64,000 bases of DNA. Origin: an uncultured Verrucomicrobiae bacterium. Lineage in GTDB: Bacteria > Verrucomicrobiota > Verrucomicrobiia > Chthoniobacterales > UBA10450. Shown piece after piece: positions 29,062 through 39,357 of this stretch (the stretch's first letter is position 1; every line of letters begins with the position of its first letter). Where the stretch lies: NCBI GenBank assembly GCA_963756875.1, contig CAVWPA010000003.1:480001-544000 (forward strand). Direction: 5' to 3'. Under the pieces are notes generated by a model. The model was not told the origin of the DNA. It saw only the letters and a program-made list of their open reading frames with translations, and made no database searches. Made by a program: the position numbers and the translations under genes.

Positions 29062-29102
29062 TGATAGGGCAGAAAATCAACGGTCCGAGCCGGACGGGCA
29101 CT

Positions 29103-29189
29103 AACGTTCAACGTCGAACGCCCAACGTCCAACGGAAAAGGCATCTTTGCGTTCGATGTTCTGCGTTGGACGTTGGGCGTTCGACGTTT
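29103..29189. repeat. Heptamer-repeat palindromic element (AACGTCC / GGACGTT)
   Basis: aacgttc aacgtcg aacgccc aacgtcc aacg ... cgttgga cgttggg cgttcga cgtt. Confidence 0.8.
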
Positions 29190-29333
29190 GCAGCTTGAGT
29201 TCAAATCAGGGGTTTCGCGGCGCACTGTTTAGTTCACGAGCGCTGCCGGCGAGAAGGAGAGGTCCCTAGCTCCGCAGGGGAAGACTATCGACCGAAAAAT
29301 GTTACAATTTAGGGCTTGATTCGGGTCCGTTTT

Positions 29334-29381
29334 CCACCGCATATTGTATGTCCGCACGGCGGGACCCTCAGTATCTTGTTA
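29334..29381 (+). promoter_or_regulatory. Tandem NrdR boxes
   Basis: ccaCcgcATaTtGtat (29334) and cctCagtATcTtGtta (29366), 32 bp apart, upstream of the RNR gene. Confidence 0.75.
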
Positions 29382-29481
29382 TTAACGGTTGTTAGCGGCT
29401 TTTAACAGGTTATTGGGCGCCTGCCGCGCAGCCCACCCAAGTTATTCACAAGTTTTCAACCCTTAATCCACCTCTGCCGCC

Positions 29482-32400
29482 ATGATTCAACTGAAACCCG
29501 GACTCCCGCCTTCCTCGCTAAATAAACCACGCAAATCGTCCGATCGCCGGAGCAGTCAGCCGCCGAAAAAGAAGAGTCGCGGGCTGCATTTTGAGCGTGT
29601 GTTTAGCGATGCGGCAGTCGCACCGTTCGATCAAGTCGAGTGGGAGCGGCGCACGGCGGAGATCACCGATGACGGCGCCCATGTGATTTTCAAACAGGAG
29701 AATGTCGAGGTCCCGAAGAGCTGGAGCGCGCTCGCGACCAAGATTGCGGTCTCGAAATATTTTTATGGCGATATCGCGAACGGAACGGACCCTTATAAAG
29801 GCGGCCGGGAAACATCCGTGCGGCAGCTGATTCGTCGCGTTACGCGGACGATTGCCGACTGGGGAATCGCGGACGGTTATTTTGCGGACGCGGCGACGGC
29901 GGAAGTTTTTTACGACGAACTAACCTGGCTTTGTTTGAACCAGCATGGCGCATTCAATTCGCCGGTCTGGTTTAATGTCGGCTTGTATCACGAATACGGC
30001 GTGGGCCGAGATGCGGGCGCCGGGAATTATTTTTACAATCGCAAGACGGGCGAAGCGGAGCGGGCAGCGACGCAGTACGAATACCCGCAAAGCAGCGCCT
30101 GTTTTATCCAGAGCGTGAACGACACGATGGAAGACATCATGCGCCTGGCAACCAGCGAAGCGATGCTCTTCAAATTCGGGAGCGGCACCGGCACCGATCT
30201 TTCCACGTTAAGGTCGACGCGGGAGAAGTTGAGCGGCGGCGGAAAGCCGAGCGGCCCGCTTTCGTTTCTAAAAGTGTACGATCAGGTGGCCAACGTGGTG
30301 AAAAGCGGCGGCAAAACGCGGCGCGCCGCAAAGATGAACACGCTGAAAGATTTCCATCCCGATATCGAAGAGTTCATCGACGCGAAGCAAAAGGAGGAAA
30401 AAAAGGCGTGGGCGCTGATTGAGCGCGGTTACGACGGCAGCTACAACGGCGACGCTTACGGCTCGGTAATGTATCAGAACGAAAACCTTAGCGTGCGCGT
30501 GAGTGACGAATTCATGGAAGCGGCGCTGGAAGGCCGCGAATGGTGGACGCGCCGCGTGATCGACGGCCAGCCATGCGACCGCAAGGATGCGCGGGCGCTC
30601 CTGCGAAAAATTGCCGAAGGGACGCATGTCTGCGGCGATCCGGGAATGCAGTTCGATACGACGATCCACAAATGGCATACCTGCAAGGGCACCGGCCGCC
30701 AGAATTCCACCAATCCCTGCAGCGAGTATCTCTTTCTCGATAACACCGCCTGCAATCTCGCGTCGTTTAATTTGATGAAGTTCAAGACTGAGGACGGCGA
30801 TTTCGACATCGACCGATTCAAAGCCGCGGTGCGCGTGTTTATCACCGCCCAGGAAATCGTCGTCGATAATGCCAGTTATCCGATCAAGGAGATCGCGGAA
30901 AACTCGCACATTTTCCGCACGCTCGGTCTCGGTTACGCCAATCTGGGATCGCTGATCATGAGTTACGGGTATGGCTACGACAGCGTGGAGGGGCGCGCCT
31001 TGTGCGGCGCAATTACCGCGGTCATGACCGGCGAAGCTTACGAACAAAGCGCGCGAATCGCGAAAGTCATGGGCCCGTTTCCCGGATACAAGGATGCGCA
31101 TTGCAGCGGCGTGCCCAAGCCGATCGCCAAAAACAATGTCGCATCGATGCTGGAAGTGATCGATCTGCATCGCGACGCGGTCGATGAGATTCCAGATGTG
31201 GACGAGTTCGCGTACTTAAAAGAGGAAGCCGCCAAAACCTGGAAGCGTGCCGCCGATCTCGGCAAACGCCACGGTTATCGGAACGCGCAGGTGACCGTGC
31301 TGGCGCCCACCGGCACGATCAGTTTCCTGATGGACTGCGACACCACTGGGATCGAGCCGGATATCGCGTTGGTGAAATACAAACTGCTGGCCGGGGGCGG
31401 CATGTTGAAAATCGTGAACCAAACGGTCAAGCCGGCGCTGGAGAAGATTGGTTACACTTCCGACGAGGTCGACCGGATCGTTGCCCACATCGACGCGTTC
31501 GACACGATCGAAGATGTGCAGGACGCCGACGGATCCATCATTTCGTCCGGGCTGAAACCGGAGCACCTGCCGATATTCGATTGCGCGTTCAAACCGTTCA
31601 AAGGCGAGCGTTCGCTTCATTACGTCGCGCACCTGCGGATGATGGCGGCGGCGCAGCCGTTTTTGAGCGGCGCCATCTCCAAGACTGTCAACATGCCCGA
31701 GTCGGCCACGGTCGAGGACATCATGAACACGTATGTGGAAGGATGGCGGCTCGGTTTGAAATCGATCGCGATTTATCGAGAAGGCTCGAAGCGGTCCGCG
31801 CCGCTTAATACGCGCAAGACCCGCGACATGGGCACGGCGGACAGCGCTGACGTCGCGCTCGATGTTACGATAGAGCGCGACGATTTTGAGAAACGCATTC
31901 TCGAACTCGAAGAAGAGCTGGCCAGGGTGCGGGTCGAAGTCGACAAACCGGTTCGCCATCGCATGCCGGACACGCGTATGTCGTTGACGCACCGGTTCGA
32001 GATCGCCGGGCACGAAGGGTATATCACGGTGGGGTTGTATGAGGACGGTCAGCCGGGAGAGCTTTTCATCACGATGTCGAAGGAAGGAAGCACGATCGGT
32101 GGATTGATGGACACGGTCGGCACACTCACCTCGATCGCGCTTCAGTACGGCGTGCCGCTCGAGGGCCTCGCCAAAAAATTCGCTTATCAGCGGTTCGAAC
32201 CGAGCGGGTTCACAAAGAATCCCGACATTCGCAACGCAACCAGCATCACCGATTACGTGTTTCGCTGGCTGGCCTGCCAGTTCATCAAAGGCTACAAGGA
32301 AGCAACTTCGCCCAGCCGCGGACAGGCAGAGCTGCCGTTAAGGGAAATTGCCGAAATGGAAAAGAAGGCGGTCAATCGTCCGGTCTCGGATTTGGCGCGG

Positions 32401-32622
32401 ACAGGCGAAAAAGAATTGATCGATGTGATTACCAGTCACGTGCCTAACGACGGTTCGCCGCATGTCGCGACTAACGGCGGCAGCCACGCGGAGCGGGTGC
32501 AGGAAGCGCTGGGCAGCATGTTCATGGACATCGTCTGCTCGCATTGCGGCAGCGACAAAGTGATCCGGGCGGGGGCCTGCGGCGTCTGCACCGAATGCGG
32601 CACCAGCCAGGGCTGCAGTTAG
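29482..32622 (+). CDS. nrdJ: Vitamin B12-dependent class II ribonucleotide reductase with C-terminal TSCPD and Zn-ribbon domains
   Basis: FNSP, SACFI, TNPCSE, APTGTIS, ISKTVN, F.P.G...SI.DY, terminal CSHC...CTECG. Confidence 0.95.
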   Translation: MIQLKPGLPPSSLNKPRKSSDRRSSQPPKKKSRGLHFERVFSDAAVAPFDQVEWERRTAEITDDGAHVIFKQENVEVPKSWSALATKIAVSKYFYGDIANGTDPYKGGRETSVRQLIRRVTRTIADWGIADGYFADAATAEVFYDELTWLCLNQHGAFNSPVWFNVGLYHEYGVGRDAGAGNYFYNRKTGEAERAATQYEYPQSSACFIQSVNDTMEDIMRLATSEAMLFKFGSGTGTDLSTLRSTREKLSGGGKPSGPLSFLKVYDQVANVVKSGGKTRRAAKMNTLKDFHPDIEEFIDAKQKEEKKAWALIERGYDGSYNGDAYGSVMYQNENLSVRVSDEFMEAALEGREWWTRRVIDGQPCDRKDARALLRKIAEGTHVCGDPGMQFDTTIHKWHTCKGTGRQNSTNPCSEYLFLDNTACNLASFNLMKFKTEDGDFDIDRFKAAVRVFITAQEIVVDNASYPIKEIAENSHIFRTLGLGYANLGSLIMSYGYGYDSVEGRALCGAITAVMTGEAYEQSARIAKVMGPFPGYKDAHCSGVPKPIAKNNVASMLEVIDLHRDAVDEIPDVDEFAYLKEEAAKTWKRAADLGKRHGYRNAQVTVLAPTGTISFLMDCDTTGIEPDIALVKYKLLAGGGMLKIVNQTVKPALEKIGYTSDEVDRIVAHIDAFDTIEDVQDADGSIISSGLKPEHLPIFDCAFKPFKGERSLHYVAHLRMMAAAQPFLSGAISKTVNMPESATVEDIMNTYVEGWRLGLKSIAIYREGSKRSAPLNTRKTRDMGTADSADVALDVTIERDDFEKRILELEEELARVRVEVDKPVRHRMPDTRMSLTHRFEIAGHEGYITVGLYEDGQPGELFITMSKEGSTIGGLMDTVGTLTSIALQYGVPLEGLAKKFAYQRFEPSGFTKNPDIRNATSITDYVFRWLACQFIKGYKEATSPSRGQAELPLREIAEMEKKAVNRPVSDLARTGEKELIDVITSHVPNDGSPHVATNGGSHAERVQEALGSMFMDIVCSHCGSDKVIRAGACGVCTECGTSQGCS

Positions 32623-32739
32623 AAAACCGGCGCGCGAAGCACGGGAAACGCCCGTGCCCGGGATCGGCGCGAGTGGACATGCGCGTGCTGTCTGGCTAGA
32701 ATGGCGTGATTCGCCGTCGTTCCGGTGGAGAAAATTTCT

Positions 32740-34524
32740 ATGACTGAAACAGAAGCACAGCGACAGAAGGAAATTCAACAGGCGGAGGAACTCCTTTTTG
32801 CCGGACCGCAGGCGCTCGGTCTGGCGAAGGGATTGTTTCAGGGACATTTCGTTTCGGACTGGGTGATGCCGTATCCGCGCATCCCCGCGACCCAACAAAA
32901 GGAATTGGACATAACGTTGGGTGAGCTCCGCAAATTTCTCGATGAAAAGCTCGATCCCGCCGAGGTGGATCGGCAGGAAGATATTCCGCGCGAAGTCATT
33001 GACGGCCTTGGCCGCGTCGGCGTACTCGGCATGACCGCTCCCCCGGAGTACGGCGGCCGCGGATTTACGCAGATGGCGAACTGCAGAATCCTGGAGGAGA
33101 TCGGCTCTCGCTGTGCGTCCACTTCGGTTTTCGTCAACGCCCACCATTCGATCGGCATTCGCGCGTTGTTGCTTTTTGGGACGCACGAACAAAAGCAGAA
33201 ATGGTTGCCGAAGCTTGTGACAGGCGAATGGCTAGGCGCATTCGCCCTTACGGAACCGGAGGCCGGATCCGACGCGGCCAACGTGCAAATGACTGCGCGC
33301 CCGAGCGAAGATGGTTCGCATTTTATTTTAAATGGCGAAAAGCGCTACATCACGAATGCGGTGATCGGCCAGGTGCTGACGGTCATGGCGCGCACGCCCT
33401 TGCCGGGGAAAGAAGGCAAGACTGCGATCACCGCATTTTTGGTCACGCCAGACATGCCCGGATTTGAAATGATCGAGGGGCGGATGCGAAAAATGGGAAT
33501 TCGCGGCACGGCCACGAGTCGTTTTGCGTTGCGCGACGTCAAGGTCCCGAAGGAAAACGTCCTCGGTCCGATGGGCAAGGGGCTGAAAGTTGCGCTCACG
33601 GTGCTCGATTTCGGGCGCACCACGTTCGGGGCCTGTTGCACCGGCGCGGCCAAGACCTGTTTACGTCTGGCCGTCGAACACGCCAACACGCGCAAACAAT
33701 TCAACAAGACACTGGGCAATTTTCATCTGGTAAAAGAGAAAATCGCACGCATCGCTGCCGACGCTTATGCGATGGAAGCAATGACCACCATCACGGCGTC
33801 GCTGATCGATCGCGGCCTCGAAGATTACATGATGGAAACCGCGATGCTGAAAGTCTTCACGACCGCGCGGCTTTGGGAATGTATCAACGACGCATTCCAG
33901 ATCCACGGCGGCTCGGCCTATTTCAACGATCTTCCCCTGGAGCGCATGCTGCGCGACGCGCGTATCAATCAGATCGGCGAGGGAAGCAACGAAGTGCTCA
34001 CATCGTTCGTGGCGCTAGTGGGAATGCGCGGTCCGGGGTTGGAGTTCAAGGAGATTTACGACACGATGCTGAAGCCTTTGCGTGAAGGCGGAATCGGAAA
34101 AGCGTGGACCGCAGGGATGCATCGGCTCGGCTCAGCTGTCCGCGTCCCGGATGTGCCCGTGCGCAGCGAGAGCCTTCGCGGGCACGCGCGCGAGGTCGGA
34201 AGGTTGATTCGGCGTTTTAATTTCGCAGTCAATCGCGCGCTGATCACGTATCGCGAACCGATCCTCGACATGCAGCTCGTGCAGGAACGGATCGCCAACG
34301 CGGCAATGGATTTATTTGCGTCGACCTGCGTGCTGAGCAGATGGGATTCCGAATTGCAAGCCGCGCGACGGAACGGCGAAACCGCCGCCGCGCAATTTGC
34401 CGCGGCCGACCTTTTCCTGAGACAATCTGTCCGGCGGATCGGCCAGTTCCTTGGCGGTCTGGCCGCGAACGACGACAAAGCGGTGCTGGCAACAGCGGAT
34501 TCTGCCCTGGGCAAGGGGTCGTAG
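32740..34524 (+). CDS. Acyl-CoA dehydrogenase (ACAD9/VLCAD-like)
   Basis: AFALTEP.AGSD, LNGEKRYITN, KMGIRG, R.QF, QIHGG, IGEGSNE. Confidence 0.93.
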   Translation: MTETEAQRQKEIQQAEELLFAGPQALGLAKGLFQGHFVSDWVMPYPRIPATQQKELDITLGELRKFLDEKLDPAEVDRQEDIPREVIDGLGRVGVLGMTAPPEYGGRGFTQMANCRILEEIGSRCASTSVFVNAHHSIGIRALLLFGTHEQKQKWLPKLVTGEWLGAFALTEPEAGSDAANVQMTARPSEDGSHFILNGEKRYITNAVIGQVLTVMARTPLPGKEGKTAITAFLVTPDMPGFEMIEGRMRKMGIRGTATSRFALRDVKVPKENVLGPMGKGLKVALTVLDFGRTTFGACCTGAAKTCLRLAVEHANTRKQFNKTLGNFHLVKEKIARIAADAYAMEAMTTITASLIDRGLEDYMMETAMLKVFTTARLWECINDAFQIHGGSAYFNDLPLERMLRDARINQIGEGSNEVLTSFVALVGMRGPGLEFKEIYDTMLKPLREGGIGKAWTAGMHRLGSAVRVPDVPVRSESLRGHAREVGRLIRRFNFAVNRALITYREPILDMQLVQERIANAAMDLFASTCVLSRWDSELQAARRNGETAAAQFAAADLFLRQSVRRIGQFLGGLAANDDKAVLATADSALGKGS

Positions 34525-34567
34525 CAGTAGCCTGGCAAGGACGGCGCGCTGCGCTGTCTTCTGGTCC

Positions 34568-34636
34568 TGTAGCGGCGCTCTATGAGCGTCGCACTTTTTC
34601 TCGCAATATTTGCGACGGTCGTAGACCGCCGCTACA
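34568..34636. repeat. GTAG-type REP doublet
   Basis: tgtagcggcgctctatgagcgtcgca...tgcgacggtcgtagaccgccgctaca. Confidence 0.8.
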
Positions 34637-34713
34637 GCAATCCCCCCCCCAAAACAGACGGAAGAACGGCATGGAAAATGGTTCAAAGAGTGCACGGATC
34701 TATTCCGTTCGCG

Positions 34714-35680
34714 ATGGAAGCACCGACCCTTACTATTCTCGTTCCGTGCCTCAACGAAGAGCGCGGTGTCGCGTCGGTCGTGCGCGAGTACGCCACTGCG
34801 TTTCCAACTGCCGACATTCTCGTTGTAGATAACGGCTCGGAAGATGGAACCGCGGCCGTAGCCAAGGCTGCAGGTGCGACGGTGGTTACGGAAAGGCGGC
34901 GCGGGAAGGCGCGAGCGGTCGCCACAGCACTGTCGATGATCGACACCGATTTGGTGGTGATGGTAGACGGTGACGGAAGTTATCCCGCTGAAGGGGCAAA
35001 GCTCCTCTTGGCGGAATATCAGCGCGAGCCGGTCGATATGATCACCGGCATCCGCAGCGCGCAAAACACCACGCAGGCTTTCCGGCCGATGCATCAGTGG
35101 GGGATGTCGGTTTTTGCTTCGGTGTTGAATTTTGTTTTTCGATTTAACCCGCTGGACTTGTTCTCCGGGTTGCGGCTTTTTTCGCGCCGGTTTTACCAGC
35201 ACGTTCCGGTGCTTTCCCGTGGATTTGAGCTCGAAATCGAACTGACCATCCAGGCAATCGACAAAAGCTTTTCCATGAGCGAAACGCCGGTGCCATTTTG
35301 CAGCCGGGCGCAACGGTTCGGAATCAAAGCTCAAAACCGTCGGCGATGGTCTGCGTATTTTGCGGCTGTTCGTGGTCCTCTTTCGCGATTATCGGCCGTT
35401 CGCCTTTTTCGGGACGATCAGTGCAATCATCGCGGCGGGAGGGCTGATGGCAGGGTCGGTGCCGATCATGGAATATTTCCGCACGGGAATGGTGAATCGG
35501 TTTCCTCTGGCGATTCTTGCCGCCAGCCTGATGACGTTATCGATTCTAGTTGGCCTGGTCGGTACCCTTCTCGAGGCGAATCTGCGCTATCACCGTGAGG
35601 CCTATCACATTCAACTGCGAAAGTTCCGCGCGCCGGTCCAGAAACCATCGCGACCTTATCCGCGCGTGCTGGCGAGATAA
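34714..35680 (+). CDS. GT2 glycosyltransferase (DPM/GtrB-like) with two C-terminal TMs; frameshift near 35312
   Basis: VPCLNEE, VDNGSED.T, DGDG, SG.R, GFE.E.E; GSESKLKTVGDG resumes in the next frame. Confidence 0.82.
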
Positions 35681-35689
35681 CAGCGGGCG

Positions 35690-36706
35690 ATGGCCACGTT
35701 CCATATCCTCACTCAATATATCTGGCCGGATGCCGCTCCGACCGGACTTTACGCCGAGCATTTGGCGACGCGGTTACACGAGTTCGGTCATGATGTTCGG
35801 CTCGTTGGTGGTCAAGGCAGCTACCGGACTTTGCATCGTGACAAACCGCCGGTGCCGACTCTGCATCTTGAGCATTATCAGGGACGACGTGGCAAACTCG
35901 GTGAAACCTTTATTGAATACAGAGCGGTCAAACGCGGATTCGCCAATTACATCGACGATTTTGTAAAGCAAGGCGACGTTGTTGTTGTCACCAGCGCACC
36001 GCCAAACACAGTGGAACTGGCCTCCTGCATCAAGCGACGAAACGCGCGCGCGATCTATTGGTTGCAGGATTATTACCCGGAACTGATCCGCGGCATTCGC
36101 GAATATCCTGTCGTGTTCCGGCGCGCGTTGAGACGTTATTGGGATCGGAACCTCTCGCAGTGGGATCGCGTCGTGAAAATCGGCAGTAACCTCGGTGGTC
36201 CCAAGCACAACTCTATTATCATTCGTAATTGGCCAACCTTGAATTTTGATCACGATCTGTCGTGCGAGCCGCGCACGGCTCTGTACTCGGGCAATCTCGG
36301 TTACGGCCACGATGTCGGACTTTTTATTACGGCGTGCGAGCAGCTGCGCGATGCCGGCTATCGGATCACCGTCAGGGCGGACGGCCGCGGTGTGGCATAT
36401 TTGCCGAACTGGTTAAAGGCGCAGCCGCTGCACGCCGATCCGGAAAAACTAAAAGAGGACTTGCAGCGGCACGAAGTTCACGTGGTTGCGGCGCATCCAA
36501 AGATCACGCAAGCCATTTTCCCGTCGAAAATCTGGAACAGCATTGCGGCTGACCGCCGGCTCGTCTGCACCGGCTTCGCGGGCGAGATGGCTGACGAACT
36601 GGAATCGGCGTTGACCGCACGATCCGATCGCCATCTTGACCAGTGGTTGTCGCTGCTCCTCCCGATGGCGGAGCCGACTCAGGCTGGAATGGCCGTCGCT
36701 GCGTAA
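35690..36706 (+). CDS. GT4 (WcaI-like) glycosyltransferase, compact form
   Basis: TQY.WPD..PTG, S.PP, W.QD.YPE, YSGNLG.GH, PSK. Confidence 0.75.
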   Translation: MATFHILTQYIWPDAAPTGLYAEHLATRLHEFGHDVRLVGGQGSYRTLHRDKPPVPTLHLEHYQGRRGKLGETFIEYRAVKRGFANYIDDFVKQGDVVVVTSAPPNTVELASCIKRRNARAIYWLQDYYPELIRGIREYPVVFRRALRRYWDRNLSQWDRVVKIGSNLGGPKHNSIIIRNWPTLNFDHDLSCEPRTALYSGNLGYGHDVGLFITACEQLRDAGYRITVRADGRGVAYLPNWLKAQPLHADPEKLKEDLQRHEVHVVAAHPKITQAIFPSKIWNSIAADRRLVCTGFAGEMADELESALTARSDRHLDQWLSLLLPMAEPTQAGMAVAA

Positions 36707-39357
36707 GTAGAACCTGTTTGCAGCACTTCCGTGAGGTGCTGCGCGATCTGCTCCACGCCAATCTTGCGCATGCACCAGTTTTCCGGCTTTGCGCAACTCC
36801 ATTGAACACACGGATGAAACGGGCAACTTCGGTCGACAAACGGCTTCAGGCCGTATGGCGGGGCGAGCTTGTCCGGACTCGCCGGTCCAAACAAAACCGC
36901 GCCCGGTTTCCGGAACGCGCTCGCGATGTGCGCCGTGCTTGTATCGTTGGTCACGACGGCGCGTGCGTGCGCGATCAAACGAATCAGATCGGGGATCGAC
37001 ATGGAGTCGAATCTGGAAACGACGTTGTTTCTCGTAAGCAGCGCTTCAAGTGCAGGCCGATCTTCGCCGGCGACTTCCGACGTAAAGCCTGTCGCAACGA
37101 ACCGAACATCGGGAAATCGATCGACCAGCGCCAGAAAGTTTTCCATTGGCCAGTTTCGCCATCGACACACGGTCGTTAGGCATAACACAACGTGATCTTT
37201 TAATTCAGCAAGCGGTTCGCGGGCAAGCCGATCAAAGACCGTGTAGTCCAATTCGCATCCTAGAGCAGCCGCTGTTCGCTCGAGATCTTCATACTCATTT
37301 TCGCCAACGCGATGCGGGAGCGGATAGTTGGTCAGGCTACGACCTCCACGCGTGATCCGGCTCGCGATTTTTTTTGCTCCGGCGAATTTAATTGCAAGCG
37401 CACTGACCGCGCTTCCCGTTAAATCGATCCAGAGATCCGCCTTCGATTTGCGGGCTTCAGTGATTCGCCGCCACAACGCCGAAGGTCTGAGCGCAGACGG
37501 ATTCTTGAAGAAATCTTCGAGCGCATTGTCGAACGGTAGCACGTCCCAGCCGCAAGCTCGCCCGGTTTCACCGTGGGCCGGACGCAGCGCGACCTGGACA
37601 TTGATGCCTCTGCGACGGCCTTCATTTACGATTCCGGCGATCAGTGGCAGGTGCATGAAGAGATCGCCCAAACCAGCCGCGGAAGAAACAACGCAGCGGT
37701 CGGCCCAGGCAAATTGTTCCGCGCGCCGAAACGGACGAATGAGATCGACCGCTTTCATAATCAAAGCGCTTCGCAAGGAACGCGTGTCGTACCCGAGTCG
37801 CGAGTTGTTTTTCGTTGCGACGGATGTCTCCGCAGGCCGGAAGATGTGATGCGCGCAGATCAGCGCGGAAACGACGACGGCAATCGCGAAGGATAATCCG
37901 GTATGGATTCGGGCTGCGACCCACCAGATGGCAATGAGGACAAGCAGCCGCGGGGCAAATTGTGCTACTGGAGCGAGCCACATTCGGCCAAAGGTCGACC
38001 CAAGATCCCTGGCGATAAGTACCGCAGTTGGCAAAAGGAAGAGACCCGCGCCCGCGCCGATTGCCAGAATCAGCTCCGGACTGCCACGGCCGCGAACTGC
38101 GATGACAGATGCGGTGATTGTCGCCGCGCCGGCAAGCAGGCCGAGCGCGCTGGGGCGAGGCTTGGCCAAGCCCAAACTGGCCGCGGTTACCATTCGGCTG
38201 AAGCCGGTGGCGACTCCGAACAGTCCGATCAGTAACCCCGTGAAGGGGTTTTCAAGAGGCCGATGTAACCAAATTCGAAACAGGTCACCGGAGAAGAAAG
38301 TGTATGCGATGGCGCCGGTAAGGCAGAGAGCAATTGCGCTTTTGTAGCCGGTCGCGAAGTGGCGGCACCGATCGGATGCTGTTGGCGCCCCGGCGAGCGC
38401 GGCGATTGTTGGTTCACTGGTGCTGGCGCCCAGAACGCTGAGCAATTCCGAAAGCTTCAGATAGAGAAAAAAGGTGCCGGCCGCGGCCGGACCAAGCATC
38501 CAGGAGATAAGAAACACCAGGCCGTAGCTTTGAAAGATCCACGAAGCAGTAATGACATTGATCCAGCGGCCGACATGAAGAGCGGGCAAAATCTCCGCTG
38601 GGCGCAGGTGCGTTAGTTCGCGAACGAAAAGGCGCGGCTGCAAATTCGCGCGCGGCAGGAGAAAAAGCAGCGGAACCGCGAGCGCGGCAAAGTACGCAGT
38701 CGTTACGACCAGGACCGACGCCCCATTCATGAGCAGGGCAACTACAACACCAAATGCGAGCAGATTGCCGGCGAAAAGAGCTGCTTTGATTTGCGAAAGC
38801 CGGCCGGCGGCAGCGATTCGCTCGAGCAACAATTGCAACAACATTGAGACCGCCGTGAAACCGGCCGCCGTCACGATAATCAGATCGCCGATTGGCGGTA
38901 AATGAAGCCAGCGGTGCCAGCATCCGGCGAGCGAAAGCAGGCCAACGATGCCGACGGTACCGGCGGCTGCGACCGAAAAGGCTGCGAGATGTAAAGCATG
39001 CAGACGAATTTTTGCATCTTCAGGAAGACGCGGATTTGTTAGGCCGATGCGGGTCAATGTCCGTAATCCGAGATCGACGATTGCCATCAATGCGACGCAG
39101 GAATTCGCCACGGCAAACAAGCCAAACCGGTCCGCTCCCCATGCCGAGAGCATCAGCGGAGTGGCGACCGCAAAGAAAAGAATCTTTGCCGCGGCATTTA
39201 GCGATTCCCAGACGTGATTAAGGAAGAATTCGCGCCCCTGACGATCCGGCGCTTTCGTTTCAACGTTCGCGGGCGGCCCCACGGAGTGAACGCGCGGCCG
39301 CGGCAGGTTCACCGCACTTCGGGCGATTGATCCGGCTGACAACGACCCGGCCATCAA
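36679..39357 (-). CDS. Wzx-like polysaccharide flippase fused to a GT9 (heptosyltransferase-like) domain
   Basis: G...FGLFA and DLGL flippase motifs with about 12-14 TMs; C-terminal GLGD, R.WP, NDTSTAHIASA...VLFGP, C.PC...C. Confidence 0.75.
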   Translation of the reverse strand: MMAGSLSAGSIARSAVNLPRPRVHSVGPPANVETKAPDRQGREFFLNHVWESLNAAAKILFFAVATPLMLSAWGADRFGLFAVANSCVALMAIVDLGLRTLTRIGLTNPRLPEDAKIRLHALHLAAFSVAAAGTVGIVGLLSLAGCWHRWLHLPPIGDLIIVTAAGFTAVSMLLQLLLERIAAAGRLSQIKAALFAGNLLAFGVVVALLMNGASVLVVTTAYFAALAVPLLFLLPRANLQPRLFVRELTHLRPAEILPALHVGRWINVITASWIFQSYGLVFLISWMLGPAAAGTFFLYLKLSELLSVLGASTSEPTIAALAGAPTASDRCRHFATGYKSAIALCLTGAIAYTFFSGDLFRIWLHRPLENPFTGLLIGLFGVATGFSRMVTAASLGLAKPRPSALGLLAGAATITASVIAVRGRGSPELILAIGAGAGLFLLPTAVLIARDLGSTFGRMWLAPVAQFAPRLLVLIAIWWVAARIHTGLSFAIAVVVSALICAHHIFRPAETSVATKNNSRLGYDTRSLRSALIMKAVDLIRPFRRAEQFAWADRCVVSSAAGLGDLFMHLPLIAGIVNEGRRRGINVQVALRPAHGETGRACGWDVLPFDNALEDFFKNPSALRPSALWRRITEARKSKADLWIDLTGSAVSALAIKFAGAKKIASRITRGGRSLTNYPLPHRVGENEYEDLERTAAALGCELDYTVFDRLAREPLAELKDHVVLCLTTVCRWRNWPMENFLALVDRFPDVRFVATGFTSEVAGEDRPALEALLTRNNVVSRFDSMSIPDLIRLIAHARAVVTNDTSTAHIASAFRKPGAVLFGPASPDKLAPPYGLKPFVDRSCPFHPCVQWSCAKPENWCMRKIGVEQIAQHLTEVLQTGSTYAATAIPA

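Noticed and set aside
29103..29189. CRISPR array
   Set aside because: Short heptamer repeats in inverted arms, with no unique spacers and no cas genes.
22820..34713. N-terminal extensions given by the ORF track at 22820, 24482 and 34582
   Set aside because: They are read-through of REP/MITE sequence; better starts lie at 22943, 24431 and 34714.
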